A DNA stretch of 64,000 bases from an uncultured bacterium. Its GTDB lineage: Bacteria > Zixibacteria > MSB-5A5 > UBA10806. Location of the stretch: NCBI GenBank assembly GCA_965541585.1, contig CBEUCH010000009.1, forward strand, positions 32,001 to 96,000, given 5' to 3'. How positions within the stretch are numbered: the stretch's first letter is position 1; the number at the start of each line of letters is the position of its first letter. The notes below the pieces were generated by a model. The model was not told the DNA's origin. It worked only from the letters and a program-made list of their open reading frames with translations, and did not search any database. Made by a program: the position numbers and the translations under genes. Of the stretch, positions 10,015-21,077 are shown one piece after another.

Positions 10015-11601
10015 GTGCTGAATATGAAACAGAAAAAAACATCGTCCGGAATATCTACAAAGCGCATCTACAATAAATCTGATTCTGAAAATCGTGTGCA
10101 TCCGGAAGCCGATTCCGGCCAATATCCATTCACGCGGGGCATTTATCCCGAAATGTACCGTCAGAGGCTCTGGACCATGCGCCAGTATGCAGGCTATGGG
10201 ACGGCTAGGCAATCCAATGAACGTTATCGCTACCTGCTCTCGCAGGGTCAGACAGGCCTTTCAGTGGCCTTCGATCTGCCGACACAGATCGGCTACGATT
10301 CCGATCACGCGCTGGCCGCCGGGGAGGTCGGCAAAACAGGCGTGGCAATAGATTCGCTCGCTGATATGGAGATCCTGCTCGATAAGATTCCCTTAGATCA
10401 GGTCTCGACATCCATGACCATCAATGCCACCGCTTTTGTTCTCCTGGCACTGTACATTGCCGTTGCCAAAAAGCAGAATGTCCCCCTGGGCAAATTAAAG
10501 GGGACTATTCAGAACGATATTCTCAAGGAATATATTGCGCGCGGGACCTATATCTTCCCGCCCGAACCATCGCTTCGGCTCGTTACGGACATATTCAGAT
10601 TTTGTCAGGGCAGCATGCCGAACTGGAATACAATTTCAATTTCCGGTTATCATATCCGCGAGGCAGGGTCGACCGCCGCCCAGGAAGCGGCATTCACCCT
10701 TGCTGACGGTATCTGCTATGTGGAGCATGCTCTTAAGGCCGGTCTGGATATAGATGATTTCGCGCCCAGAGTTTCTTTCTTTTTCAATGCTCACAACGAT
10801 CTTTTCGAGGAGGTGGCAAAGTTCCGAGCCGCTCGATATGTCTGGGCCAAGATCATCAGGGAACGGTTCAAGGCCAGAGATGATCGTTCCTGTATGCTGC
10901 GTTTTCATACACAGACAGCGGGATCGACACTGACTGCACAACAACCCGAAAACAATATCGCCCGCGTCACTATCCAGGCTTTAGCCGCGGTTCTGGGCGG
11001 AACGCAGTCTTTGCATACCAATTCGATGGATGAGGCGCTGGCCTTACCCTCTGAAAAAAGCGCAACCATCGCCCTGCGCACTCAACAGATAATAGCGCAT
11101 GAGTCCATGGTCGGCGCTACAGTCGATCCTTTGGGCGGATCATATTATATTGAATATTTGACATCTGAGATGATAAAGAAAATCGAGGACTACCTCAGTG
11201 AGATTGATAAAATCGGCGGGGCGCTCAAGGCTGTCGAACAGGGGTATTTCCAGTTGGAAATACAGAAGGCCGCTTACGAATATCAGAAGGATGTCGAAAC
11301 GAAACGGCGAATAGTCGTTGGCGTTAACGATTTCACCGGAGAATCTGAGGATCCGCAAAACGTGCTCAAGGTGGACCCGCAACTGGAAAAAAGTCAGATC
11401 GGATTCACAAATTCAGTCAGAGAGAAAAGAGATTCTGTGCTGGCGGATAATCGGCTGAAAGAATTAAGAGAGGCGGCGCATTCGGAACAGAATATTATTC
11501 CCCTCGTAGTTAAATGTGTGGAGTCCATGGTAACACTGGGCGAGATCTGTGCAGTGCTTCGCGAGGTATGGGGCGAATATAAGGAGAACGTCGTATTATG
11601 A
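10015..11601 (+). CDS. Methylmalonyl-CoA mutase, substrate-binding (large) subunit
   Basis: [14 protein letters not shown] (Tyr), [11 protein letters not shown] (Arg), SISGYHIRE and QSLHTN; no B12-binding domain. Confidence 0.95.
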   Translation: MLNMKQKKTSSGISTKRIYNKSDSENRVHPEADSGQYPFTRGIYPEMYRQRLWTMRQYAGYGTARQSNERYRYLLSQGQTGLSVAFDLPTQIGYDSDHALAAGEVGKTGVAIDSLADMEILLDKIPLDQVSTSMTINATAFVLLALYIAVAKKQNVPLGKLKGTIQNDILKEYIARGTYIFPPEPSLRLVTDIFRFCQGSMPNWNTISISGYHIREAGSTAAQEAAFTLADGICYVEHALKAGLDIDDFAPRVSFFFNAHNDLFEEVAKFRAARYVWAKIIRERFKARDDRSCMLRFHTQTAGSTLTAQQPENNIARVTIQALAAVLGGTQSLHTNSMDEALALPSEKSATIALRTQQIIAHESMVGATVDPLGGSYYIEYLTSEMIKKIEDYLSEIDKIGGALKAVEQGYFQLEIQKAAYEYQKDVETKRRIVVGVNDFTGESEDPQNVLKVDPQLEKSQIGFTNSVREKRDSVLADNRLKELREAAHSEQNIIPLVVKCVESMVTLGEICAVLREVWGEYKENVVL

Positions 11602-12011
11602 AGATACTCGGCCTGCATCATATAGGTATCGCCGTCGATGATCTAAAAAATTATTCATCGATCTTCGAAAAACTGTTTGGTCTGAAAACCGGGCCGGTGG
11701 AAACCAATCCGGAAAACCGGGCCAGCCTTTCATTTCTCGATATTCAAAACAGCAAGCTGGAGTTTATTGAACCCGTGGATGATGATTCTTCGATCGCCGG
11801 ATTCCTTTCGAAGCGCGGGCCGGGGATTCATCATCTCTGCCTTTTAGTTGATGATATTCAGGCAGCTATCGATGAGATGAAATCAAAGAATGTTAAGATG
11901 ATCGATGACAAGCCGCGCCAGGGTGCGGGCGGTTCTCTTATAGCATTTATCCATCCCGAATCAACCGGAGGGATATTGATAGAACTAAAACAGGAAAAAA
12001 CGGGGCATTAA
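11598..12011 (+). CDS. mce: Methylmalonyl-CoA epimerase
   Basis: VOC fold motifs [25 protein letters not shown]; translationally coupled to the mutase. Confidence 0.95.
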   Translation: MKILGLHHIGIAVDDLKNYSSIFEKLFGLKTGPVETNPENRASLSFLDIQNSKLEFIEPVDDDSSIAGFLSKRGPGIHHLCLLVDDIQAAIDEMKSKNVKMIDDKPRQGAGGSLIAFIHPESTGGILIELKQEKTGH

Positions 12012-12028
12012 TCTTCAGGAGTAAAATC

Positions 12029-13525
12029 ATGAAAGATCTCTTAGTCTTTTTAATAGCGCTATCGATAGCGTCTATGGCCATTGCAGCGCCGATAGAAAAT
12101 GTAACGTCATCGGCCCTGATGCCGGGGGATGAGATCCTTTTCAACCTCGATTTCTTAGATCCATTCGGTCTGCCGATCTTCGATGTCTCCATCCAGGCCC
12201 GGATCAGCAACTTCCCTGAAATCCATTCGATCCCACTGGAGCATCTCGACTTTCCGCCTTATTATTTGAATACCTACGAAGGCAGTTGGATTTTCGAGGA
12301 ACCGGTAAGCGTAATCGAGTATTACGGCCGCGTGGAAGCTGAAACACTGGTCATAACCCAGTCGTTCCGGAATACCGGCAATCAGTTTCCGCCCGAGATG
12401 ATGCTGTATGCGGATCTGGCCGAGGAAGCAGTAGACGATACGTTACCCGGAACTCCAGGCTCATGGCTCGATCTTTCGGGTGCCGCAATCACTTATTCCG
12501 AGGATAGGATCTTTGCGCGCCTCGATAATGTGGATGGTGGCTGGCCCACCGACGACGGCTTTCTGGAATTCTATATTTACGCGTTTGCTCTCTATAATCC
12601 GGACAACGTCGGACTTTCGGCAACCGCCATGGTTTATGCCAATGTCCCTTTTTTCCTTCCCGATCCCGGCCTGTATCATGTAGATCTTCAGGATACCACG
12701 TTTGAGAGAATAGGGGACATTTGGGTTACTCCCCAGGGTAGAAACCTTCATATGTCATGCGCGATCGAAGATCTCCTGGCCGATCCCGATTGGGATGCCT
12801 GGCCTCCGGAATCAGGGTTCGCTCTGGTAGGAGGCCTGACTATCACCGTAAGCCTGTTTGAACCTTTCCTGAGCGATTACACATATCCGGGAGCTTTCGT
12901 TCCGATGACTCAATTTCTCGATCTCTATGAAAACCAGATCCCGGATTTGAACGTGTCGATTTCCGTTGAGCCTGACTTTTCCGTGACTGCGAATGCGCTT
13001 TATTTCGACCAGGATAATAATTTGCCGGTGGAAAAATATCTCTTCTTCGACTGGGGTTTTTACGAGATGGGCTCTTATGTTCATCAATATGACGGGGATG
13101 AAGCGAATTTCGAACATATTCTGCCGCCTCAGATTGAGGGCTGGCATTATTACCACTTTAGTTTCTCCGACGGGGACGAGGTCGTTGAGACGCCCATGGA
13201 CTCCGTTTACATTTCTCAAACCGGAATCGAGGAGCCTCATATCCCGCTGGAATTCTCGTTGCACCAGAATTACCCCAATCCTTTCAACTCCTCCACAAAT
13301 ATCAGTTTCACGCTCCCGGAGGCGGGACATGTTAAACTTGATATCTATGATATTGCCGGGCGGCTTGTGAATACGCTGGTCAATGCTGAGATCGATGCTG
13401 GCCGGCAAACCGTGATCTGGGACGGCACCGATCAATCGGGTCGGCCGGTGTCATCGGGGATCTATTTTTATACTATGCGCTCCGGCAACGATTTAAAATC
13501 GCACCGCATGCTGCTTCTCAAATAG
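12029..13525 (+). CDS. Secreted acidic protein with C-terminal FlgD-Ig/T9SS-type-A-like domain
   Basis: Signal peptide; C-terminal QNYPNPFNSST...IYDIAGRLV...WDG...SSGIYFY...MLLLK. Confidence 0.88.
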   Translation: MKDLLVFLIALSIASMAIAAPIENVTSSALMPGDEILFNLDFLDPFGLPIFDVSIQARISNFPEIHSIPLEHLDFPPYYLNTYEGSWIFEEPVSVIEYYGRVEAETLVITQSFRNTGNQFPPEMMLYADLAEEAVDDTLPGTPGSWLDLSGAAITYSEDRIFARLDNVDGGWPTDDGFLEFYIYAFALYNPDNVGLSATAMVYANVPFFLPDPGLYHVDLQDTTFERIGDIWVTPQGRNLHMSCAIEDLLADPDWDAWPPESGFALVGGLTITVSLFEPFLSDYTYPGAFVPMTQFLDLYENQIPDLNVSISVEPDFSVTANALYFDQDNNLPVEKYLFFDWGFYEMGSYVHQYDGDEANFEHILPPQIEGWHYYHFSFSDGDEVVETPMDSVYISQTGIEEPHIPLEFSLHQNYPNPFNSSTNISFTLPEAGHVKLDIYDIAGRLVNTLVNAEIDAGRQTVIWDGTDQSGRPVSSGIYFYTMRSGNDLKSHRMLLLK

Positions 13526-13538
13526 CTTAAATTCGGAC

Positions 13539-13567
13539 TTGACAAAAATATCAACTATTGCTAATAA
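13539..13567 (+). promoter_or_regulatory. Sigma70-type promoter for the methyltransferase
   Basis: TTGACA-N17-TAATAA with an extended -10 TG. Confidence 0.5.
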
Positions 13568-13589
13568 AAGGTCTTCGGAGGATAATCTC

Positions 13590-14324
13590 TTGGGACCTTT
13601 GAAGGAAAAGACCGCATCATCAATTGGAGCGGATGAGTATTCCCGCCTCAGCGGGGAGTATTTCAACTCTCAGTATGCGGAGGAGGAGTTCTACTGGGGC
13701 GAGCAGCCGAATTTGCTGGTGCCGTTGGTAAGCAGCCACTTAGAGCCTGGCTCCCGGGTGCTTGTAATAGGCTGCGGAGAGGGGCGCGATGCGCTTTTTC
13801 TGGCGCGGTTCGGCTTCGACGTCATTGCTACAGATATCGCTTCTAATGGTCTCGAGAAGGCCGGACGCCTGGCCGAAGGAAATGGCTGCAAGCTTCAGCT
13901 TATAAATCTGGATGCCCACCGGTCGCATGACCATCTGGGCGTTTTCGACGGCCTTTTGTCTATGAATGTCATACAACTCTTGAATCCTGACATGATAACA
14001 GGGCGGTTAGCATACTTTCAATCGCGGGTTAGATCGGGTGGAATAGTCGCCATTCAAGTCTTTACCGTTGACGATCCCAATTACCAGGATTGGCTGAAAT
14101 CCGGAATTCCACCGAGAGGATCACTGACCTTTGAGCACCCGACGCGCGGGTATCCTATCAGATTTTTCGCAAAAGGAGAACTGGCATCTCATTTTGAAGG
14201 CTGGGAGTTTATTCATTATTACGAGGGCTTATTGTGGGATAAGCCTCACGGCATCCAGAGCGGTTTCCACCAGCATGGGTTTGCGCAGATCATCGCCAGG
14301 AAAAAATCGGATACCTGGTCATAG
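13590..14324 (+). CDS. Class I SAM-dependent methyltransferase (TehB-like)
   Basis: FYWGEQP and motif I VLVIGCGEGRDA; His-rich C-terminus; TTG 13590 follows GGAGG. Confidence 0.85.
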   Translation: MGPLKEKTASSIGADEYSRLSGEYFNSQYAEEEFYWGEQPNLLVPLVSSHLEPGSRVLVIGCGEGRDALFLARFGFDVIATDIASNGLEKAGRLAEGNGCKLQLINLDAHRSHDHLGVFDGLLSMNVIQLLNPDMITGRLAYFQSRVRSGGIVAIQVFTVDDPNYQDWLKSGIPPRGSLTFEHPTRGYPIRFFAKGELASHFEGWEFIHYYEGLLWDKPHGIQSGFHQHGFAQIIARKKSDTWS

Positions 14325-14448
14325 GTTAAACATTTCAAATCTCTGAATTGATAGACTTATATTTCTTTTCATAAGAAGGAACTTATAGATACCTGGCGCG
14401 ATTAGAGTTTTAGGAGACTCGCAAGGAGGTCACGGTTGAAAGGGAGTC

Positions 14449-14775
14449 ATGTTTTTAAAGAGGCTTTTCGAACCATACAGGATTGAGATCGTCGAGGAAA
14501 GCAACCTCGGTTCCGGCCTGTCAAGGGCAGTCTATACTATTAAAGGTCTCCCATGCTTTATATGAGCCGGTTTGACCGGCTCCGGTCTGGAGCGGCAACC
14601 GGGAGTCAGGGAGGCCGAAATCTCTGATGATATGGCGGTTATTATCTTCGCTCCCGGAGAAACCAGTATCGATCGAATTTCTAATTATCTATCAAAATTC
14701 GGAGTCAAGGGAAAATTGAATATGACCTTGGAGCGCTTATATCGATTATTCCGGCCACATAAGAATCATAAATGA
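14449..14775 (+). CDS. Putative selenocysteine-containing HMA-like protein (CxxU)
   Basis: RBS AGGGAG, ATG 14449, then ...YTIKGLPCFI-TGA(14563)-AGLTGSGLERQPGVREAEIS..., in frame with ORF 14572-14775. A SECIS-like hairpin follows the TGA. Confidence 0.8.
14563..14602 (+). promoter_or_regulatory. Bacterial SECIS element candidate
   Basis: Upper stem GCTCC/GGAGC with loop GGTCT at +22 to +26 from the T of TGA; lower stem CCGGTT/AACCGG. Confidence 0.75.
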
Positions 14776-14790
14776 AATCGTTTTATTAAA

Positions 14791-15303
14791 TTATTTTGCA
14801 GGTGTAAGTTTAATAATCGGCTGACCAGGCTTTACCAGATCGCCCGGCCCGAAGTGAATGGATTTCACCTCCCCGTCGGTGGGCGATTTTATTTCGTTTT
14901 CCATCTTCATCGATTCCACAATCACCAGAGATTGTTTAGCCCTGACTTTTTCCCCTTGCTTTACCAGTACCTTGACCACCTTGCCGGGCATCGGAGTGCT
15001 GATTTCGTCCCCGGACACAAACTCCACGGCGGCTCCGGCGAAACTGTTCCTGTCGTCTTTTACCTTATCCAGCTTCACCGCCCGGCCACCGATATGGACA
15101 TAAAGGCTACTCTCGGATTCCGCTATGTAGGCGATAATGTTTTTGCCGTTGAATAGAATCGAGAAGCAATTCGGCGAAACGAGGGTAGCATTAAATCGAT
15201 ATTCCTTTTCTCCGGATGAGAATATAAAGCTATCGTCCTTGCCTTCATCTGCCTGGAAATTGATAGTATGTATGTTCCCGTTATGCGAAAACTCGAATTC
15301 CAT
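14791..15303 (-). CDS. Biotin carboxyl carrier protein of 3-methylcrotonyl-CoA carboxylase
   Basis: TPMPGKV and ESMKMEN motifs. Confidence 0.92.
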   Translation of the reverse strand: MEFEFSHNGNIHTINFQADEGKDDSFIFSSGEKEYRFNATLVSPNCFSILFNGKNIIAYIAESESSLYVHIGGRAVKLDKVKDDRNSFAGAAVEFVSGDEISTPMPGKVVKVLVKQGEKVRAKQSLVIVESMKMENEIKSPTDGEVKSIHFGPGDLVKPGQPIIKLTPAK

Positions 15304-15334
15304 CGTTAATTAATCCCGGATTATCGTGTTGATG

Positions 15335-16834
15335 TTACCCGCCTGCAATCTGCCAATCGCCCAGAGTTTGCCAAGGAGATGACATTTCCTCGGCTCTCGA
15401 TAGCGATACAGCCTTTCTGTCATTCGTGCCTGAATAAACGGCCGCCGCCATCAGAGCCTGGTTCACGATCTCTTCCCCTGAAGACGGTTTCCAGTCGGGC
15501 ATATGTTTTTGCAGAAAATCTGTATGAGTATTACCGGCTAAAAATTCCTTATGGTTTATAATATCCCTGAGAATTTCGATATCGGTCTTTATACCCAGGA
15601 TGGGAAAATCATTTAAAGCAGTAATCATTCTGCGGCAGCAAATGTCTCTGGTGGGCGCCCAGGCTATCAGCTTGGAGAGTATCGGGTCATAGAAGACTGA
15701 TACCTCGCAGCCCGTGAAAATGCCGCTATCATGGCGGATCCCCGGCCCCGACGGTTCCTTCATGAATAGTATCCTGCCGGCCGACGGTAGAAAATTGTTT
15801 TCGGGATCCTCGGCATAGATGCGGCATTCGATGGCATGGCCCTTCTGGCTGATCTCATCCCGGGAAAGCCAGAGCTTTTCTCCCGAGGCTATCCGCAATT
15901 GCGCATGAACCAGATCGACACCGCAAACCAGCTCGGTAACCGGATGCTCTACCTGCAGACGAGCGTTGACCTCCAGAAAGTAGAAATTCTTATTCTCATC
16001 CAACAGGAATTCGACCGTACCGGCGTTCGAATATCCCGATAGCTCGACAACCTTCAGAGCCGTTTCGCCCATTCTTTTTCTCAATTCGTCATCGAGAGCG
16101 GTGGACGGGCTTTCCTCGACTATCTTCTGATGCCTTCTCTGTATCGAACATTCTCTCTCAAAAAGATGAACAGAATTTCCGTGTTTGTCCGCCAGAATCT
16201 GAAATTCGACATGCCGGGGCCGTTCGATATATTTTTCGAGATATATGGATGGATCGCCGAATGCGGCTTTGGCCTCACGCATACCGGCCTCAACTGCGTT
16301 TATCAGTTTGCTCTTCGAGTTTATGACCCGCATTCCCTTGCCGCCGCCGCCTGCCGATGCTTTCAGCAATACCGGAAATCCGATTTTTTGCGCCTCGGCC
16401 AGGCATTCGTTCGGATCGGTGCTTTTCTTCTTCATGCCCGGAATTAGCGGGATACCGGCCTTTCCGGTGATCGCCCGGGAGGCAACTTTATCCCCCACCA
16501 GTTTCAGGGCCCTTGAGTCGGGGCCGACGAAGACGATGCCTTCCTTTTCGCAGCGCTCGGCAAAACGATAATTCTCTGCAAGAAAGCCATATCCGGGGTG
16601 TATAGCTTCCGCCCCGGTTTCTTTAGCAGCCGCAATAACGGCATCAAAATTCAAATAGCTATCCTGGGGTGGCGCCTCGCCTATGCAGACCGCCTCGTCT
16701 GCCATCTGAACATGCAAGGAGTTTCTGTCTATGGTAGAATAAACGGCAACGGAATCGATTCCCAATTCTCTGCAGGCACGTATTATTCTAACGGCTATTT
16801 CGCCGCGATTAGCTATCAGGACTTTCTTGAACAT
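15335..16834 (-). CDS. Biotin carboxylase subunit of 3-methylcrotonyl-CoA carboxylase
   Basis: ANRGEIA, GGGGKGMR, RECSIQRRHQK and EVNARLQVEH motifs; operon context. Confidence 0.93.
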   Translation of the reverse strand: MFKKVLIANRGEIAVRIIRACRELGIDSVAVYSTIDRNSLHVQMADEAVCIGEAPPQDSYLNFDAVIAAAKETGAEAIHPGYGFLAENYRFAERCEKEGIVFVGPDSRALKLVGDKVASRAITGKAGIPLIPGMKKKSTDPNECLAEAQKIGFPVLLKASAGGGGKGMRVINSKSKLINAVEAGMREAKAAFGDPSIYLEKYIERPRHVEFQILADKHGNSVHLFERECSIQRRHQKIVEESPSTALDDELRKRMGETALKVVELSGYSNAGTVEFLLDENKNFYFLEVNARLQVEHPVTELVCGVDLVHAQLRIASGEKLWLSRDEISQKGHAIECRIYAEDPENNFLPSAGRILFMKEPSGPGIRHDSGIFTGCEVSVFYDPILSKLIAWAPTRDICCRRMITALNDFPILGIKTDIEILRDIINHKEFLAGNTHTDFLQKHMPDWKPSSGEEIVNQALMAAAVYSGTNDRKAVSLSRAEEMSSPWQTLGDWQIAGG

Positions 16835-16897
16835 TTTTTAAAGAATCTTTCTGTCCGCCGGGTCTCCGTACCTGTTGGTAAAGTCACGTTTCTTAGT

Positions 16898-17025
16898 TGT
16901 CGGCAGACCCCGCGTTTCGCGGGGCGGACCTACATTTTCGCCAGTTTATTTGTCAGGTTTTTCTCTCGCTTCGCTCATTCGGAACCCGACCTACATTTTG
17001 TCCGCGAGTCAGGGCTTGCCCTGAC
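16898..17025 (-). repeat. Cluster of GTAG-type REP-like palindromes
   Basis: Two units read TGTAGGTC...GACA on the minus strand (16898-16934, 16951-16995), plus a hairpin GTCAGGGCTTGCCCTGAC. Confidence 0.7.
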
Positions 17026-17033
17026 CGCCTTTA

Positions 17034-17831
17034 TCAATCCTCATACCAATTAGGTTTACGTTTTTCAAAAAAGGCTTTTATCCCTTCCTGGCCCTCGTCG
17101 CCCATTCTAAGTTTGGCTATGATCTCGGCAGTGTAATTTCCGACCTCGGATTCGGGCATCGTGGGCACATTCAAAAGTAACTGTTTGCACCAGGATAAAG
17201 CTTTCGGGCCGCTGGATAATAACTGTTGCACTCTCGTTTCCACTGCTTCATCTAGCTTCCCATCGCGTACGACCTCGTTGACAAGACCGGCGGCTCTCGC
17301 TTTTTCAGCAGTAAGCCTCTCGCCCGTCAGAAAATACTCCCTGCAATTCTTATCTCCCATGCGCCGGATTATGTAGGGGGAGATACAGGCCGGAATAAGT
17401 CCCAGCTTGACCTCGCTCAAACTGAAAACGGCCTTTTCTGAGGCAATGACAAGATCGCAGACCGCCACCAGACCACAACCGCCACCGATGGCAGCGCCAT
17501 TGACTCGTGCAATCGTTGGCAGCGGACAGCTAAACATAAGATGAAACATATCCGCCAGATTTTTGGAGTCCTCCAGGTTTTCCTCATAAGTGTAATCGAG
17601 AACATCCTTCATCCAGTGCAGATCGGCGCCGGCGCAGAATGTTGATCCATCGCCAGTCAATACCACGACTCTCAGATCGTCTCGAGAGTTTATTTCCTTA
17701 AACAGATCCGCTAACTCGGATATCATAACATTGTTGAAGGCATTTCTCACATCCGGGCGGCTCAAGGTTATCCATGCGACCCGTTTTCGGATTTCTACCT
17801 TCAGGGTTTTATAATCGTTGGATAACGCCAT
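17034..17831 (-). CDS. Methylglutaconyl-CoA hydratase (crotonase family, LiuC-like)
   Basis: RPDVRNAFN, FCAGADLHWM, AIGGG and SEVKLGLIPA motifs; adjacent to MCC beta. Confidence 0.88.
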   Translation of the reverse strand: MALSNDYKTLKVEIRKRVAWITLSRPDVRNAFNNVMISELADLFKEINSRDDLRVVVLTGDGSTFCAGADLHWMKDVLDYTYEENLEDSKNLADMFHLMFSCPLPTIARVNGAAIGGGCGLVAVCDLVIASEKAVFSLSEVKLGLIPACISPYIIRRMGDKNCREYFLTGERLTAEKARAAGLVNEVVRDGKLDEAVETRVQQLLSSGPKALSWCKQLLLNVPTMPESEVGNYTAEIIAKLRMGDEGQEGIKAFFEKRKPNWYED

Positions 17832-17852
17832 AACGCTTACTTGATTCCGAAC

Positions 17853-19460
17853 CTACATCCTGAATACGCCGTACCGCTGATCGGGGATGGGAGCGTTTAA
17901 CGATAATGAAATGGCCAGCCCCAGAACGGTGCGTGTGTCGAGCGGATCAATAATACCGTCGTCCCAGACCCGGGCCGTGCTGAAATAGGGAGAGCCCTCT
18001 TGTTCATATTTTTCCAGTATGGGAGCCAGAAACTCTTTTTCTTCGTTCTTCGTCATCGATTTACCATCGGCTTCGAGACCTTTCTTCTTTACCATTAGAA
18101 GGACGTTGGCTGCCTGCTCGCCTCCCATGACGCTTATTTTGGCGCTTGGCCACATCCAGAGGAAACGCGGCTCGTAGCCTCTGCCGCACATGGCATAATT
18201 CCCGGCGCCGTATGAGCCGCCGATTATAATCGTGAATTTCGGGACGTCGGCGTTAGCTACGGCATGCACCATCTTAGCGCCATTGCGAGCGATGCCACCA
18301 TGCTCATAATCCTTGCCGACGATAAAACCGGTGATGTTCTGCAGGAATAACAGGGGGATCTTTCTCATTGTGCAAAGCTCGATAAAATGTGCGCCTTTAA
18401 CAGCGCTTTCCGAAAATAAAACACCGTTATTGCCGAGTATTCCCACCAGGTAGCCCATGATGCGCGCGAAACCGCAGACTAACGTCTGCCCATAAAGTTC
18501 TTTGAATTCATGAAACTCACTGTTATCGACGATGCGGGCTATGATCTCCCTGATCTCAAACTGCTTTCTAATATCTCTCGAAACAATGCCGTAGAGTTCA
18601 GCCGGATCATACTTTGGGTCAACAGGCTCGTTTCGCCCGAGATCGAACTTTCGAGGCTTATCGAGACACTGAATGATATTCCTCGTTATCTGCAGCGCAT
18701 GCTTGTCGTTTTGTGCGTAATGATCGGCCACACCGGATATACGACAATGAACATCAGCTCCTCCGAGTTCCTCGGCAGTGACATCGGCACCGGTTGCCGC
18801 CTTGACCAGGGGAGGGCCACCGATAAAGATCGTTCCCTGTTTGCGTACTATAACCGCTTCGTCGCTCATGGCCGGGACATAGGCCCCTCCGGCCGTGCAT
18901 GACCCCATTACAACCGCTATCTGCGGAATGCCTTGGGCGGATAGTCGGGCTTGATTGTAAAAAATGCTTCCGAAATGCCCTTTATCGGGAAAGACGTCCT
19001 TCTGATGAGGCAGGAATACGCCTCCCGAATCAACCAGATAAACGCATGGCAGCCGATTCCGCAAGGCGATCTCCTGGGCCCGGGTATGCTTTTTGATTGT
19101 CATCGGGAGATAGGTTCCGCCCTTGACCGTGGCATCATTGGCCACCACCAGCACTTCTCTGCCATTAACCACTCCCACGCCTGTTATAACGCCGGCAGAG
19201 GGAGCCTCGTTGTCATACATATCGAGAGCCGCCAACCCGGAGAATTCCAGGAATGGCGTATTTTTGTCGAATAGGTTTTTTATTCTATCCCGGGTCAGGA
19301 GTTTATTTCTCTTAAGATGTTTCTGGCGCGCCTTCTCAGGCCCACCCTTATATATCTCGGCCAGGCGTTCCTTGAGTAAGGCAACCCCTTTTTCCATATG
19401 CTTGCTGTTTTTCCGGAACTCTTCGCTCTTGGTATCGACCGTCGACTCTATCTGAAACAC
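17853..19460 (-). CDS. 3-methylcrotonyl-CoA carboxylase beta (carboxyltransferase, LiuB-like)
   Basis: [42 protein letters not shown] and a terminal GVFRM. Confidence 0.95.
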   Translation of the reverse strand: MFQIESTVDTKSEEFRKNSKHMEKGVALLKERLAEIYKGGPEKARQKHLKRNKLLTRDRIKNLFDKNTPFLEFSGLAALDMYDNEAPSAGVITGVGVVNGREVLVVANDATVKGGTYLPMTIKKHTRAQEIALRNRLPCVYLVDSGGVFLPHQKDVFPDKGHFGSIFYNQARLSAQGIPQIAVVMGSCTAGGAYVPAMSDEAVIVRKQGTIFIGGPPLVKAATGADVTAEELGGADVHCRISGVADHYAQNDKHALQITRNIIQCLDKPRKFDLGRNEPVDPKYDPAELYGIVSRDIRKQFEIREIIARIVDNSEFHEFKELYGQTLVCGFARIMGYLVGILGNNGVLFSESAVKGAHFIELCTMRKIPLLFLQNITGFIVGKDYEHGGIARNGAKMVHAVANADVPKFTIIIGGSYGAGNYAMCGRGYEPRFLWMWPSAKISVMGGEQAANVLLMVKKKGLEADGKSMTKNEEKEFLAPILEKYEQEGSPYFSTARVWDDGIIDPLDTRTVLGLAISLSLNAPIPDQRYGVFRM

Positions 19461-19489
19461 AAAACGTCCCTGTTACGCAATACGATTAC

Positions 19490-19879
19490 TTAAGCCGGAA
19501 CACATTTATATCCATAATTGAGAATGCCACCATGGCCCTCCTGCTGTATCCTGCGGAATTCGATCTTAACCGGCAATCCGATCTTCATATCCTCCGGCTC
19601 ACAATCCACTACCTGGCAGAGGATCTTCACGTCATCGCCGACATTTACAATGGCAACCGCATAAGGAGACTGATCCGTAAACTGGCTGGGGGCAACCCTG
19701 ATAATCGTGAATGCCTCGACCTTACCCTTATCTCCTATTTGTGTTTCATCAAACTCTCGCGACTTGCATGCAGGACAGATCTGCCTTGGAGGGAACAACA
19801 CCTTGCCGCATTTCTTGCATTTTACAGCCTCGAGACGATATCTTTGAGGCATCTCTCTCCAGTATCTCGGCCCCGACAT
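19490..19879 (-). CDS. DUF35 zinc-ribbon/OB-fold scaffold protein
   Basis: CKKCG...PPRQICPAC followed by an OB fold and a terminal YGYK. Confidence 0.93.
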   Translation of the reverse strand: MSGPRYWREMPQRYRLEAVKCKKCGKVLFPPRQICPACKSREFDETQIGDKGKVEAFTIIRVAPSQFTDQSPYAVAIVNVGDDVKILCQVVDCEPEDMKIGLPVKIEFRRIQQEGHGGILNYGYKCVPA

Positions 19880-19880
19880 T

Positions 19881-21041
19881 TTACACTCCCTCCAGAATAT
19901 GGACTACGCTGCTGGCGCCGCTTCCGCCCATGTTCTGTGCCAATCCGATATCGGCTTTTTTCAATTGTCGGCCGTTATCGGCCTCACCACGAATCTGCTT
20001 GGTAAGCTCTACTATCTGTGCCACTCCGGTAGCGCCTACAGGATGTCCTTTTGATTTCAATCCGCCGCTGGCATTAATCGGAATATCACCGTCCAGCGCC
20101 GTTTTACCGTCGGCCGTGGCGGGGCCGCCTTTGCCCCTGTCTGCAAATCCCAGAGCTTCTATCACCATAATCTCGGCGATTGTGAAACAATCATGAACCT
20201 CGGCAAAATCTATATCCGATGTTTTCTTGCCGGCCATTTTGAGAGCCTCTTCCGCCGCCACCGCGGTTGATTTCAGAAAGGATAGATCCTCACGGTGAGC
20301 AAGCTGAATGGTATCTGATGCATGTCCGGAACCGGTGATTTTTACCAGGCGTTTTTTAGTTAGTTTTTTGGCCTTGTCCATGGAACATAGAATAACCGCG
20401 GCCGAACCGTCGGTGATGGGAGAGCAATCCAGGAGAGTAAGTGGATCAGAAACCATAACTGCATTCTTAACCTGATCGGCTGTTACTTTCATTCTGTATT
20501 GTGCCAGCGGATTCATAGATCCGTTATGATGGTTCTTAACGGCCACCTGCGCCAGGTGATCTCGCGTGGTGCCGTATTTATTCATATGGTGATTAGCCAT
20601 CATTGCATACAGCCCGGGAAACGTCACCCCGTTGTAAACCTCGTATTCCTGTTCGGCGGCCGTGGCCAGGGCAAACGTCGCTTTGCCGCCATCGACATCG
20701 GTCATTTTTTCCACGCCGGTGACCATCACTGTATCGGCCATACCGGATGCCACGTGCATATATCCGGTTCTGAACGCCAGTCCGCCGGAAGCGCAGGCCG
20801 ATTCGATCCTGATACCCGGAGTCGGGCAGAGGCCCGCCATGTCGGGCCCCATGGAACCCAGATGTTCCTGATCGCAGAAAAGCCCCGATGACATACAGCC
20901 TATATACATGGCATCGACCTTGTCTATTCCTGCATCATCGAGAGCCAGAAGAGCGCTTTCGACCAGTAGATCGCGGATAGAATATTCCCAGATCTCGCCC
21001 CATTTGTTCATACCAATACCGATTACCGCGACTTCTCTCAT
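19881..21041 (-). CDS. Archaeal/SCP2-type acetyl-CoA acetyltransferase (thiolase)
   Basis: [28 protein letters not shown] and QNMGG motifs. Confidence 0.93.
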   Translation of the reverse strand: MREVAVIGIGMNKWGEIWEYSIRDLLVESALLALDDAGIDKVDAMYIGCMSSGLFCDQEHLGSMGPDMAGLCPTPGIRIESACASGGLAFRTGYMHVASGMADTVMVTGVEKMTDVDGGKATFALATAAEQEYEVYNGVTFPGLYAMMANHHMNKYGTTRDHLAQVAVKNHHNGSMNPLAQYRMKVTADQVKNAVMVSDPLTLLDCSPITDGSAAVILCSMDKAKKLTKKRLVKITGSGHASDTIQLAHREDLSFLKSTAVAAEEALKMAGKKTSDIDFAEVHDCFTIAEIMVIEALGFADRGKGGPATADGKTALDGDIPINASGGLKSKGHPVGATGVAQIVELTKQIRGEADNGRQLKKADIGLAQNMGGSGASSVVHILEGV

Positions 21042-21077
21042 CTATATTCCTCCGGGAATCCCATTCATCAATAATCC

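Noticed and set aside
10015..11601. Isobutyryl-CoA or other variant mutase
   Set aside because: The specificity residues Tyr (RQYAG) and Arg (KEYIAR) match methylmalonyl-CoA mutase.
13539..13589. ORF-track N-terminal extension of the methyltransferase from TTG 13539
   Set aside because: That TTG is part of a TTGACA -35 box; the RBS supports TTG 13590.
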